Assembly (NCBI GenBank): GCA_964448195.1
Contig: CAYUVP010000001.1
Coordinates: 12,430-42,255 of the forward strand
Length of the DNA: 29,826 bases
Direction of reading: 5' to 3'
Source of the DNA: an uncultured Candidatus Peribacteria bacterium
GTDB lineage: Bacteria > Patescibacteriota > Gracilibacteria > BD1-5 > JAGOOR01
Under the pieces are notes generated by a model, which was not told the DNA's origin, searched no databases, and was given only the letters and a program-made list of their open reading frames with translations. The number at the start of each line of letters is the position of its first letter. The stretch's first letter is position 1. Shown piece after piece: positions 20,349-29,826 of the stretch. A program made the position numbers and the translations under genes.

Positions 20349-21017
20349 ATGTCTGAAATAAAACTTCACGAAAGTTGGAAAAAAGTCCTCCGGAATGAAT
20401 TTGAAAAAGAATATTTCAAAGTACTTTCTGAATTTATAAAGAATGAAATTATTGCTGGGAAAATCATCTATCCTCATCCGAAAAATATCTTTGCCGCACT
20501 GGATAAAACACCCTTTGAGAAAGTAAGAGTCATAATCCTCTGACAAGATCCCTATCATGGTCCTAGTCAAGCGCATGGGCTTTCATTCTCTGTGCAAGAA
20601 TGAGTCAGGAATCCTCCATCACTCATGAATATATTTAAGGAAATTCAGTGAGACCTCGGTATTCCAAGTCCAAAAAATGGCGACCTGACACGCTGGGCAG
20701 AACAAGGCGTTCTCCTTCTAAATACAACACTCACTGTCCGTGCATGACAACCTATGTCGCATGCTGGGAAGTGATGGGAAACGTTTACAGATTCAGTAAT
20801 TCATACACTTTCAGAAGAACGTGATTTCCTCATATTTCTTCTCTGGGGAAGCCATGCACAAAAAAAGAAATCACTCATTGACACAAATAAACACATTGTC
20901 CTCGAAGCACCACACCCCTCTCCCCTCTCAGCACACCGTGGCTTTCTCGGTTGTGGTCATTTTAGCAAAACAAATACTCTCCTGAGAGAGCAGTGATTGA
21001 GCGAAATTCAGTGGTAA
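20349..21017 (+). CDS. ung: Uracil-DNA glycosylase family 1, 222 aa
   Basis: [20 protein letters not shown] (G = TGA 20541-20543), PPSL, QGVLLLN, LLWG and [16 protein letters not shown]. Confidence 0.97.
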
Positions 21018-21021
21018 ACTA

Positions 21022-22791
21022 CTACTCAATTTCTCTTATTTTTTGGAGCTCTAACAAGTGTCTATAGAGACCACTTGATTCTCGCGCGAGATCAGCATGT
21101 TTCCCAGACTCAACAATAACTCAGTTTTCGAGGACAAATATCTCATCACAATGTTTAAGCGTAGAGAGTCTATGTGCTATAACTATCGTTGTTCTGCCCT
21201 TTGCTATATCCCAAAATGCTTTTTGTATAACTGACTCTGACTCGCTATCGAGATGAGAAGTTGCCTCATCAAAAATAATAATTGGAGCATTCTCTAAAAA
21301 CACCCTTGCTACGCCTACACGTTGTTTCTGGCCTCCAGAGAGTTTTACGCCTCTTTCACCGACTATAGTATCGAGACCTTTTGGGAGATCATTTATAAAA
21401 TCTATAAGTGCTGATTTTTTCAGGGCTTCTTTGAGTTCATATTCTGAAGCATTTGGACGACCGTAGATAATATTATGGCGGAGTGTATCATTGAAAAGTA
21501 TGGTCTCTTGTGGAACGATACCAATCCTTTTCCGAAGAGAAGATTTTGTAATCTTGGAAATATCAATTCAATCTATGGTAATTAAACCCTTATCGATATC
21601 ATAGAATCTCAGTAACAATTTGATCAAGGTGGTCTTCCCTACACCTGAACGACCAACAAATCCGTAGGATTTTCCAGGCTCTAAATTGAGACTTAAATTA
21701 TGGAAAAGCTTTTCTCGTTCATTATATGAAAAGTCCACATTATGAAATTGGATACCATCTTTACTTGAGCTATTATCTAGCATATTCCATCTATCTTGTA
21801 ATACCTTTTCAGGCCTATCTGGTACAGTATTTTTGGTTTCAAGAAGTGCAAAATAGGGCTCCACATCTGTGAGATATTTTGTTATATTTTTCCATTCCAG
21901 AGCCAGACTAGCCATGCGAGGAAGAAGTAATGCCAGAAAGGCTGTAACAGAAGTCACTTCACCTAAACTCATAATTCCTAAAAAATAAGAATTTAGAGAA
22001 ATCCAAATAGAACCTCCGAGCAATAGCGTCAATAAAAATGCTACTCCATATTCGAGTATGAGATATTTATTGACATATTTTCGCTCTATAACTCTGTCAT
22101 ATGACGTACGTGCGAAAAATTTATCACGTTCTGACTGTTCTTGCGCAAAGAATTTCACTGTATCAAAATTTGTGAGATTTTCCACCTGAACACTACTGAT
22201 AGCATTAGCAGAATCTCTGAGAGCCTTTCTTTCTCAACCCTGGTAAATACTAAACCAAGAAATGAAAATAAAATATACAAGAGATATAATGACAAAAAGG
22301 ATTGCAATAGAAGGGGAAATTTGAGTTAAGAAACCACAGATAAGAAATACATCGATAACAGTTGGGAGGGAATAATAATGTATATCAACTGCAAGCTTTG
22401 AAAAAGCTCCTTCCCCTTGCTTAAGTACACCTATAATACCTCAGCTAGATTTATTTGTATGAAAAGCGAAATCCAATTCCTGCAGATGTATAAATACTTT
22501 TTCTTTCATGCTCGTAACAGCGCTCCAACATCAATTACGATTTGTATAAATAGTCGCCCCTACGTGGACGAGTAGTTGAGAAAAAACATAGCTTGCCACT
22601 ATTTGTACAGAAATTGTACTTGCGAGTCATTTGTCATTATTCTGAAGAGCATCCACTAAATGTCTCAGAGAGAAATTTGCATATTGCATGAGCAAAAGTC
22701 AGACAAAAAGTACCCCCAATCCCCAAAAAAATGAAGGAGCAAGAGGGATTAGATATCAATAAAATTTTCGCCAAGTTGTAAGAAGTCTCAT
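21022..22791 (-). CDS. ABC exporter, fused TMD-NBD (Atm1/MsbA-like), 589 aa
   Basis: N-terminal TM domain with FIHLQELDFAFH, Walker A GRSGVGKT, VPQETILFNDT, VGERGVKLSGGQKQR, IFDEATSHLD and IAHRLST. Confidence 0.93.
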
Positions 22792-22796
22792 GCTTA

Positions 22797-22870
22797 TGGT
22801 ATCCCCAACAGGAATCGGACCTGTATTTGCTCGTTAGGAGTGAGCTGTTCTTCCATTAAACTATAGGGAC
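22797..22870 (-). tRNA. tRNA-Arg(CCT), 74 nt with encoded CCA
   Basis: Minus strand GTCCCTA TA GTTT AATGGAA GAAC A GCTCA CT-CCT-AA CGAGC AAAT ACAGG TCCGATT CCTGT TGGGGAT A CCA folds as a cloverleaf. TATAAT plus a GC-rich discriminator (GGCGG) lies directly upstream. Confidence 0.9.
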
Positions 22871-23034
22871 ACATCCGCCATTATAGAGAAAAGATAAAAG
22901 ATAAAAGAGAAGAAATTTGAATTTTTAGAGAATTTTTCACTATTTTTGAGAGAAGTCTAGTAGCTTTGGAGGTTTTTCAGGCTTTCCATGTTTTCCCTTG
23001 TGAGAAAATGGAGTATGATAGTCTTATTATAAAC

Positions 23035-25482
23035 ATGTCTCTCGAACTCATTTTTCTTCTCTTTGTACTTGTAGCTTTCCCTACTATTGGGATAGTATTA
23101 ATTTTTCTATTCAAGAAGAGTGTCGATCAAAGACGTTGCCTCGAGAAAGCTCATCTACAAATACTCATACCCCGTAAAGACTCAGATGCTGATGCAAAAC
23201 AAGATAACTCAAAAGACTTCAAAGACTATATAGGCCTGATGGAACAACTTCTGACTGCTATGAGTTCTCTCTATTCAGGGAAGATTTTTGGGAAACTCCG
23301 CGGACAACATACTTTTTCGCTTGAGTATATTTCTTATAAGAATCAACTCTACTTTCATATGGTCGTACCTCGTAAATATCAAGGACTTGTTGAAAAACAA
23401 ATAACGAGCTTCTTCTCAGATGCTGTTATCGAAGAAGTAGATGAAATTAACCTTTTTGAAGGTGAAAACCTCCATTATGCAACAGAATGCCTTACTCTTG
23501 GTCACAATTATATATTTCCCATAAAAACACATCAAAAACTCGAATCTGATCCTATCAACAATATCACTAATGCTCTCTCAAAGCTCGACGAAGATGAATC
23601 ATGCATGATACAGATTATGTTACGGCCAACAGACAATCATTGGCAAAAACATGCGAGCAAACATGCGAGTCACATGCAAAAACATGGTCATCATAGTGGA
23701 TTTAGCCCTTTAGATATCATACGTGGATTCATCGACTTCTGGAAGACTGACACAAAAAATGAAAATAAATCGGAAGAAAAAGAAGGTCCGAGTGCTCTCG
23801 AATCAGAAGAGGTAAAACTCATCGATGAGAAAAGTAAAAAGATTGGTTATGACACTATTATACGGGTCATGACTGTCGCTCGTGATCATCACGAATGTGA
23901 GATGCAAATGAAAAATATCATGTCTTCTTTTGAACAGTTCAAGAGTCCAGATACAAACTATTTTCATGATTCGCACGAGCATGCTAGTGCCCGTACAGTG
24001 AGAAATATACTGTACAGAACTTTTTCACGACCTGGATGGAAAAAATGGAAGTCCATGATCCTCAATGTCGAAGAAATAGCCTCTCTTTTTCATTTTCCTC
24101 ATTCAAAGTATAACCTCACTCCAGAGATTAAATGGCAAAAATTCAAAATCGTCAAAGCACCTGATAATATTCCAAAAGAATGAATCCTCCTCGGGCATAA
24201 TATTTACCGAGGGAAAAAAGTCCCTATTTACATGAAAACAGAAGACAGGATGCGACATTTCTACGTCATCGGTCAAACTGGTACAGGTAAAACAACCATT
24301 CTCGAAGCTATGGCACGGCAAGATGCAAAAATGGGACACGGATTAGCAGTTATGGATCCTCACGGAGATTTTGCAACTGGGATGCTTCCTCACATACCAC
24401 GTAGCCGTGCTGATGATGTTATATACTTCAATCCGAGTGATACGGCCCGTCCTATGGGCCTCAATCTCCTCGAAGCCCACGATGCAGAAGAGAGAGAATT
24501 CGTGGCACAAGATGCAACAAAGATGATGATCAAACTCTTTGGTAACGAAGTATTTTGACCACGTCTCCAGGATTATTTTCTCAATGGTGTTCATACGCTC
24601 ATGGAATATCCTGGCGGCGGAGCTCTCACAGATATAGTGAGACTCTTTACTGATGAAAATTTCCAGATGGAGCGCCGCCGTACTCTCCAGAATAAAATCG
24701 TTAAATCATGGTGGGACTATACCTACGCTGCCATGTGAGATCGTGAAAAGAAAGAAATGATACCCTACTTTCAGGCTAAATTTTCTGGCTTCATAACAAA
24801 TGAGCTCCTCCGAAATATTATTGGTCAGACAAAGAGTTCTTTCAATGTAGAAGAAGTCATGAATACTGGAAAAATACTCCTCATCAATCTCTCAAAGGGT
24901 ATACTTGGAGATCTCAACTCCAAATTACTCGGTATGATATTTGTGACAAAAATTCAGGGAGCAGCTCTTGCAAGACAAAAGATAGAAAAAGAACTACGCA
25001 AAGATTTTTTCTTTTATATGGATGAGTTTCAGAACTTTGTCACCGATTCTATTGAGTCCATACTCTCAGAAGCTCGTAAATATCGTCTTTCCCTCAATGT
25101 GGCCCATCAATACATGTCTCAGCTCGAGCAATCGGACGCTCTCACAAAAAGCTCAGTCAATCTCAAGAATGCTATATTTGGTAACGTAGGTTCTATGATG
25201 AGCTACAAAGTAGGCGCAGAAGATGCTGAAAAATTGGAAAAAGAATTTGCACCAAATTTTTCAGGAGGTGATCTGGTAAATATGGATAAATTCAAAGGTG
25301 TTATGCGACTCATGATTGATGGACAAGTATCCCGAGCATTTAGCAATATACCAGAAAATATACACCTTGAAAAAGGTGACCCCAAACTGATGCGTGCTTA
25401 TATGGAGCTTTCTCGTCTTAAATATGGCCGCGAAAAGGAGTTCGTGAACCGTGAAATACTATTTCGTATTGGTGCCCCGTAA
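23035..25482 (+). CDS. Membrane-anchored VirD4/TraD/HerA-like P-loop ATPase (type IV coupling-protein-like), 815 aa
   Basis: N-terminal TM, long accessory domain, RHFYVIGQTGTGKTT (Walker A), DPHGD, LINLSKG, YMDEFQNF (Walker B), LSEARKYRLSLNVAHQY and AIFGNVGS. Confidence 0.9.
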
Positions 25483-25496
25483 GTCCAATAAAATTT

Positions 25497-26360
25497 ATGA
25501 GAAAAAAAACCTCTACATTTATTTTATCTATAATACTCGCTGGAATAATAACTCCGGTTTTTTCACAAACACTCACAAAAGAAGAAGAGAAGCTCTGATA
25601 TAATCAATACAAAACTTGAGACTATTCTTATTCGTCTAACGTATCCAATCTCTGCCTCTGACAACGATATGGTGGAGACTATTGGAATTTTAATACAAGT
25701 AAACAGCTCGTAGCGGTACACAATAAAGACAAATACCCAGACCTATCTGAGACTGGAGGGGTTAGTCTCGATGATATACAAAAGATATATCTCAAAACAA
25801 TGGATAACATCATGAATTGTGCGGTCTTAAAGTCCAAGTATACTCTTCACAAGAAACTAATAGATGACTATAAAATTTCTGAAAAAGCGAAAAAAGTCCT
25901 CGAAGAAGCAAATTCAATTATAGAAAAACAACTAGCAGAAGAAAAATGTGTCGCACCGAGGGATGGAGATAAAATCTACAATCAGAAAGATTTACTAGAT
26001 TCCATGAGCTACGAACAATGTGTATACAATATGTATCTCTTTTATTACAAAAACGTTTGTGAAAATAGCCTAAGCACATGTCTTGCTGGGAAAACCCCCA
26101 GAAAAGCATCAGAAGTGGCTGAAATTTCTGGCACAGAAAGAAATAAACTCAGAAATGAGAGAGAGATTTCACAACGTGCTTTTGATACAAGTCTCACTCT
26201 CTATGAAAACTTTGAACGAACCTATATAGCACATGTCATACTACAACTCATAGAAGTAGAGCTCACTGAAGATAAGAGATTTATAGGGATTACTATGAAA
26301 GCCATTCAGCAATGGATATCCCTCGCAAAAAATGCTCAGAGAAGTACTGGATCTCGTTAA
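25497..26360 (+). CDS. Secreted cysteine-containing hypothetical protein, 287 aa
   Basis: Signal-peptide-like MRKKTSTFILSIILAGIITPVFSQ, six Cys and a helical C-terminus. Start extended to ATG 25497 through three TGA-Gly. Confidence 0.75.
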
Positions 26361-26490
26361 ATACAATTTTCTCTTTACTTCACAAAAAGATACGCTATAC
26401 TAGGCACATCGTCAGTGTTACTGTTTTATTAGTGGTTTTTCCGCGAAAGAGGAGTGCAAGGTCGATACTTATTTTTTTCTTTTTTCAGTT

Positions 26491-26850
26491 ATGGGCAAAC
26501 GCCTTTTTGTCGGAAATCTTCCGTATCGTGTTACAGCAGACCAGCTCCGAGAAATTTTTTCTCAGAATGGTGAAGTAGTTGATGTATTTATCCCTCTCGA
26601 TCGAGAGACACGACGACCTCGTGGTTTTGCTCTCGTAGAGATGTCTACAGATGAAGAAGCAAATGCAGCTATCGCAGCTCACAATGGTGTGACTGAAATC
26701 GCAGATGATCGTGGCCCTCGTGTTATCACTGTTAATGAAGCTCGTCCAAAAGAAGAGCGTCCTGCAGGTGGTGGTTTCGGTGGTGGTCGTCCTCCTCGCC
26801 GTGAAGGTGGTGGATACAATGGTGGTGGTGACAGCGGTAATCGCTGGTAA
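26491..26850 (+). CDS. RRM (RNP-1) RNA-binding protein with Gly/Arg-rich tail, 119 aa
   Basis: RNP2 LFVGNL, RNP1 RGFALVEM, VNEARP and the RGG-like tail. Confidence 0.95.
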   Translation: MGKRLFVGNLPYRVTADQLREIFSQNGEVVDVFIPLDRETRRPRGFALVEMSTDEEANAAIAAHNGVTEIADDRGPRVITVNEARPKEERPAGGGFGGGRPPRREGGGYNGGGDSGNRW

Positions 26851-26871
26851 TTCTCTCAATTGAATCATCTC

Positions 26872-26899
26872 AAACTGCCCCTCCTGGGGCAGTTTTTTT
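26872..26899 (+). terminator. Rho-independent terminator
   Basis: AAACTGCCCC-tcct-GGGGCAGTTT followed by a T-run. Confidence 0.85.
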
Positions 26900-26987
26900 A
26901 TAAAAACAATGAATGTACACCTCCCTAATCTTGAAAATCTCATAGGAACAATATCATACATATACTTTATTTTTTATCCGCATTAGT

Positions 26988-27413
26988 ATGAAGAAAACGC
27001 CTCTCTTACTCTCTATCTCTCTATTTGTACTCCTTACAAGCTGTACTCTTTCTCAGAAAAATACTGCACCTGTACCGACACCTCCTGAGCCAAATTTAGT
27101 AGCGCCAACAGAAGAAAAAACAACCATAAAAGAAGTTACTACAGATAAAAATAATCAACCTAATACTTCAGCTACAGTAGCTGCGACAAAATCTTTTGTT
27201 TTAGCAGATGTCTCAAAGCATAATACTGGTGCTGACTGTTGGCTTATACTTGATAACAAGGTTTACGACGTAACTTCATTTATCGGGAAGCATCCTGGTG
27301 GAGAGGCTATCCTCAAAGGTTGTGGAAAAGATGCAACAAAGATGTTCTCACGACACCCAGAGAGCGCAAAGGCTATGAAAGAACAATTCTATATCGGTGA
27401 TTTCAAAGCATAA
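26988..27413 (+). CDS. Lipoprotein with cytochrome b5-like heme-binding domain, 141 aa
   Basis: Lipobox LTSC (Cys19), Pro/Thr-rich linker, DVSKHN...DCWLILDNKVYDVTSFIGKHPGGEAIL...GKDATKMFSRH. Confidence 0.9.
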   Translation: MKKTPLLLSISLFVLLTSCTLSQKNTAPVPTPPEPNLVAPTEEKTTIKEVTTDKNNQPNTSATVAATKSFVLADVSKHNTGADCWLILDNKVYDVTSFIGKHPGGEAILKGCGKDATKMFSRHPESAKAMKEQFYIGDFKA

Positions 27414-27426
27414 ATCTCTACGTCTC

Positions 27427-27464
27427 TCTCAAAAAATCCTCCCATGTGGGAGGATTTTTTGAGA
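27427..27464. terminator. Bidirectional Rho-independent terminator between convergent genes
   Basis: Perfect 18-bp inverted repeat TCTCAAAAAATCCTCCCA-tg-TGGGAGGATTTTTTGAGA, with A/T tracts on both sides. Confidence 0.85.
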
Positions 27465-27480
27465 TAAATAATATGTAGAA

Positions 27481-28259
27481 TTATTTACTCATTTTTTCAG
27501 CAATTTTTGGGAGGAGATTGTTGAGTCCGTCAATAGCACGAAGAGTCTCAACTGGGACCATCCAAACAGTCGTATTAGATTGATCAGATGATATATCGTT
27601 GATAGACTGAAGTGTGCGAAGATGGAGAGCATGGCAGCAGCCTGAGCAAGCTTTTCCGATGCAAGGAGTTCACCTTCTGCATCGATAATCTTTGCACGTT
27701 TTTCACGTTCTGCCTCTGCCTGTTTACTCATCGTGCGTTTGAGAGATTCAGGGAGATTGAGATCTTTCAATTCAACAGAATGAATATTGACGCCCCAAGC
27801 CTCAGATTTTTCATCGACAATCGTTTTTATTTTTTTACTCGCTTCTTCTTTGTTTGCGAGGAGTTCGTCGAGTTCAAATTGACCAACGATATTTCTCATG
27901 GTAGTCATAGCAAATTGCATGATAGCATATTCGAGCGCTCGGACATTAACGACTGATTTCATAGCATCATCAATAGCGTAGTAGAGAACAGCATTGATAG
28001 TGAGAGAGACATTGTCTTTACTCATTGCTTCTTGTGAAGGCACGTCCACAGCACGTTCACGCATATCTACTTTCGTGCAGGTTTGAATAAAAGGTATAAT
28101 AAAACGAAGACCTGGCTCAGCTGTGCGAGAATACTTACCAAGAGTAAATATGACACCTTTTTCATACTGATCAACAATACGGATAGAGAGACTCAGAAAT
28201 ACTACCAGAAAAATTAATGCTGGAAAAAGCGAACCTATGAGGAGAAACAATGAATCCAT
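27481..28259 (-). pseudogene. SPFH/band-7 (stomatin/slipin) protein with a frameshift near 27630
   Basis: IVDQYEKGVIFTLG...AMTTMRNIVGQFELDELL...KQAEAEREKRAKII. The family-like C-terminus LHLRTLQSINDISSDQSNT...MSK-TAA(27481) is in a different frame. Confidence 0.75.
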
Positions 28260-28316
28260 AAAAAATAACTTAAGAATAAGGCTTTACTATTATAATCAGA
28301 CGCTTACTTTGTCCAT

Positions 28317-29717
28317 CTAACCTACCACCTTCTCCATTCTGAGAACGACCTCTATATGATGCGTGTGGGGAAACATATCAACAGGTGTAATATCAGTAAC
28401 ACGATACTCCCCGTTTGGAGCTATAAGACCTATATCGCGAGCAAGAGTAGAAGGATTACAACTGACATAGATAATTTCAGCCGGATTGAATTCTCGTAGA
28501 ATACCTGGTGCATCTGGATGCATACCTGCACGTGGCGGATCCACTACAATGACATCTGGAGACTTCCCTTCTTTTTTCCAGTCTTCGAGGAGTTTTTCTA
28601 CAGGGGCATTCACGACGGTTACGTTTTTGATATTATTTCTTGCAAGGTTTCTAATATTATCTTCACTCGCTTCTGGAACAATCTCGACAGAATAAACTTC
28701 TTGAGACCGACCCGCAAGAACCATTCCAATCGTACCAGTCCCTGCATAGAGATCAAATACAACAGGATTCTCAGTTTTTATCATATCAGCTGTCACACGA
28801 TACAACTCTTCGGCACCAAGTGTGTTTGTTTGGAAAAAACTCTTCGGACTGATTTCAAATTCGAGATCAAAAAGTTTTTCTGTAATAGTTGGAGTTCCAG
28901 AAATATGCTCAAAATTTCCCTGCACAACATCGGCATTACCAGTATTGTGGAGGAGATAAGCTGAAGTAATAACTGGAATGTGTGAAATGAATGATTTCAG
29001 AAACTTTTTAAATTCTTCACGCTGAATCTCACCAAGATAAAATGTATTTACAGAAACAATCACCATGGTCTCCCCCGTTTTCTTGCTTCGACGAATCACG
29101 AGGTGACGCCAGAAACCAATATTAGTCTTCACGTCATATGTTGGTAACCTATTTTCACGAGCAAAAGCGTCAAATGCACGAAAGATATCATTCACGATAT
29201 CGTCTCCAAGAACACAATATGTACAATCAACGATACGATCAAACTGACCTGATTCGTGAAAACCAAATCGATACTTATCGTCTACACCCTCACGAGCAGA
29301 AATATACTTTCACCAGCTAAATTCTACCTTATTTCTATATCCATAGATTTCAGGAGACGCAACGATTGGATGCCATATAACATCTTTTACCATGTCTGGA
29401 GCATGTATAAATACCTCCCGAATTTGTTTCTCCTTCATTTCGAGTTGTTTCTCATGTGGGATTGGGAGCCATCGACAGCCACCATAAACTTGAAAATTAT
29501 CTGGAAGTTTTGCTTCAAGCGGAGATTTTTTTACGACTCTGATAAGTTGTGATTCTATACGATTTGACCTATTTTTGAGGACACGGACATCAACTGTGCT
29601 CTCAGGAATAGCACCCCCAGAGATGAGTATTTTTTTTCCTGATACATCTGTGCCCAGACCAATACCTCAGAGAATGAGTTTTTCGACGTAGATATTAGTG
29701 AGTATGGTTCATTTCAT
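28317..29717 (-). CDS. rlmD: 23S rRNA m5U methyltransferase RlmD/TrmA family with TRAM domain, 466 aa
   Basis: GYRNKVEF, SFFQTNT, DLYAGTGTIG, VVDPPRAG, YVSCNPSTLARD and DMFPHTHHIE. Start extended to ATG 29717. Confidence 0.92.
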
Positions 29718-29780
29718 GAGAAGCTGATAATATATAAATTATGAGGAGTATACGAAGAAACATATATTTACGAAAATTTT

Positions 29781-29808
29781 TTGACACAATCACCTCTCTC
29801 ACTACAAT
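29781..29808 (+). promoter_or_regulatory. Sigma70-type promoter pointing out of the window
   Basis: TTGACA, 16 nt, TACAAT. Confidence 0.55.
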
Positions 29809-29826
29809 GCCTCTACTTTGTATGCG

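Noticed and set aside
21012-22801. ABC exporter as an island integrated at the tRNA 3' end (TGGTA at 21012 and 22797)
   Set aside because: Only 5 bp match, one copy is simply the Trp-stop of ung, and there is no integrase.
22966-23034. Track's TTG start for the VirD4-like ATPase
   Set aside because: ATG 23035 places the TM anchor at the N-terminus. The upstream stretch looks like promoter or intergenic sequence.
26765-26832. GGT trinucleotide repeats
   Set aside because: They encode the Gly-rich tail of the RRM protein and are not a separate repeat element.
1-29826. Reading the many in-frame TGA as pseudogenisation, selenocysteine or Trp (code 4)
   Set aside because: They fall on conserved Gly positions of essential genes, the frames stay open, and TGG supplies the Trp residues.
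1-29826. CRISPR arrays, IS elements, integrases, rRNA, recognised defence systems
   Set aside because: I saw no repeat-spacer periodicity, transposase/integrase motifs, rRNA-like sequence or defence-gene motifs on either strand.

Overview
This is a chromosomal window, about 30 kb and AT-rich, from a bacterium that reads TGA as glycine (translation table 25; Gracilibacteria or Absconditabacteria/SR1 within Patescibacteria/CPR, Gracilibacteria more likely). The supplied ORF track uses TGA as a stop and so fragments most genes. I re-translated by hand with TGA=Gly and found 33 CDS (one partial, one frameshifted) and one tRNA-Arg(CCT). Most content is housekeeping: fbaB end, tpiA, udk, prfA, rsmA, dnaA, obgE, cysS, tsaB, ung, RlmL-like and RlmD-like methyltransferases, a beta-CASP nuclease, an Atm1-like ABC exporter and a VirD4/HerA-like ATPase. 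I saw no CRISPR array, transposase, integrase or rRNA. The best candidate for an uncharacterised system is a two-gene cassette, a CrtI-family desaturase plus a UbiB/ABC1 atypical kinase, with no phytoene synthase in the window. It is bracketed by a 14-bp direct repeat, has a palindrome over its -35 region, and is divergent from an HTH/coiled-coil/TM gene near dnaA. Other signals: RF1 encodes its own GGQ motif with TGA; promoters recur 6-8 nt before ATG (likely leaderless mRNAs); in-frame TGA clusters just before true stops; TPI lacks loop 3; DnaA has altered box-reading residues; the SPFH gene is frameshifted. All family calls come from motif recognition by eye, with no database search.
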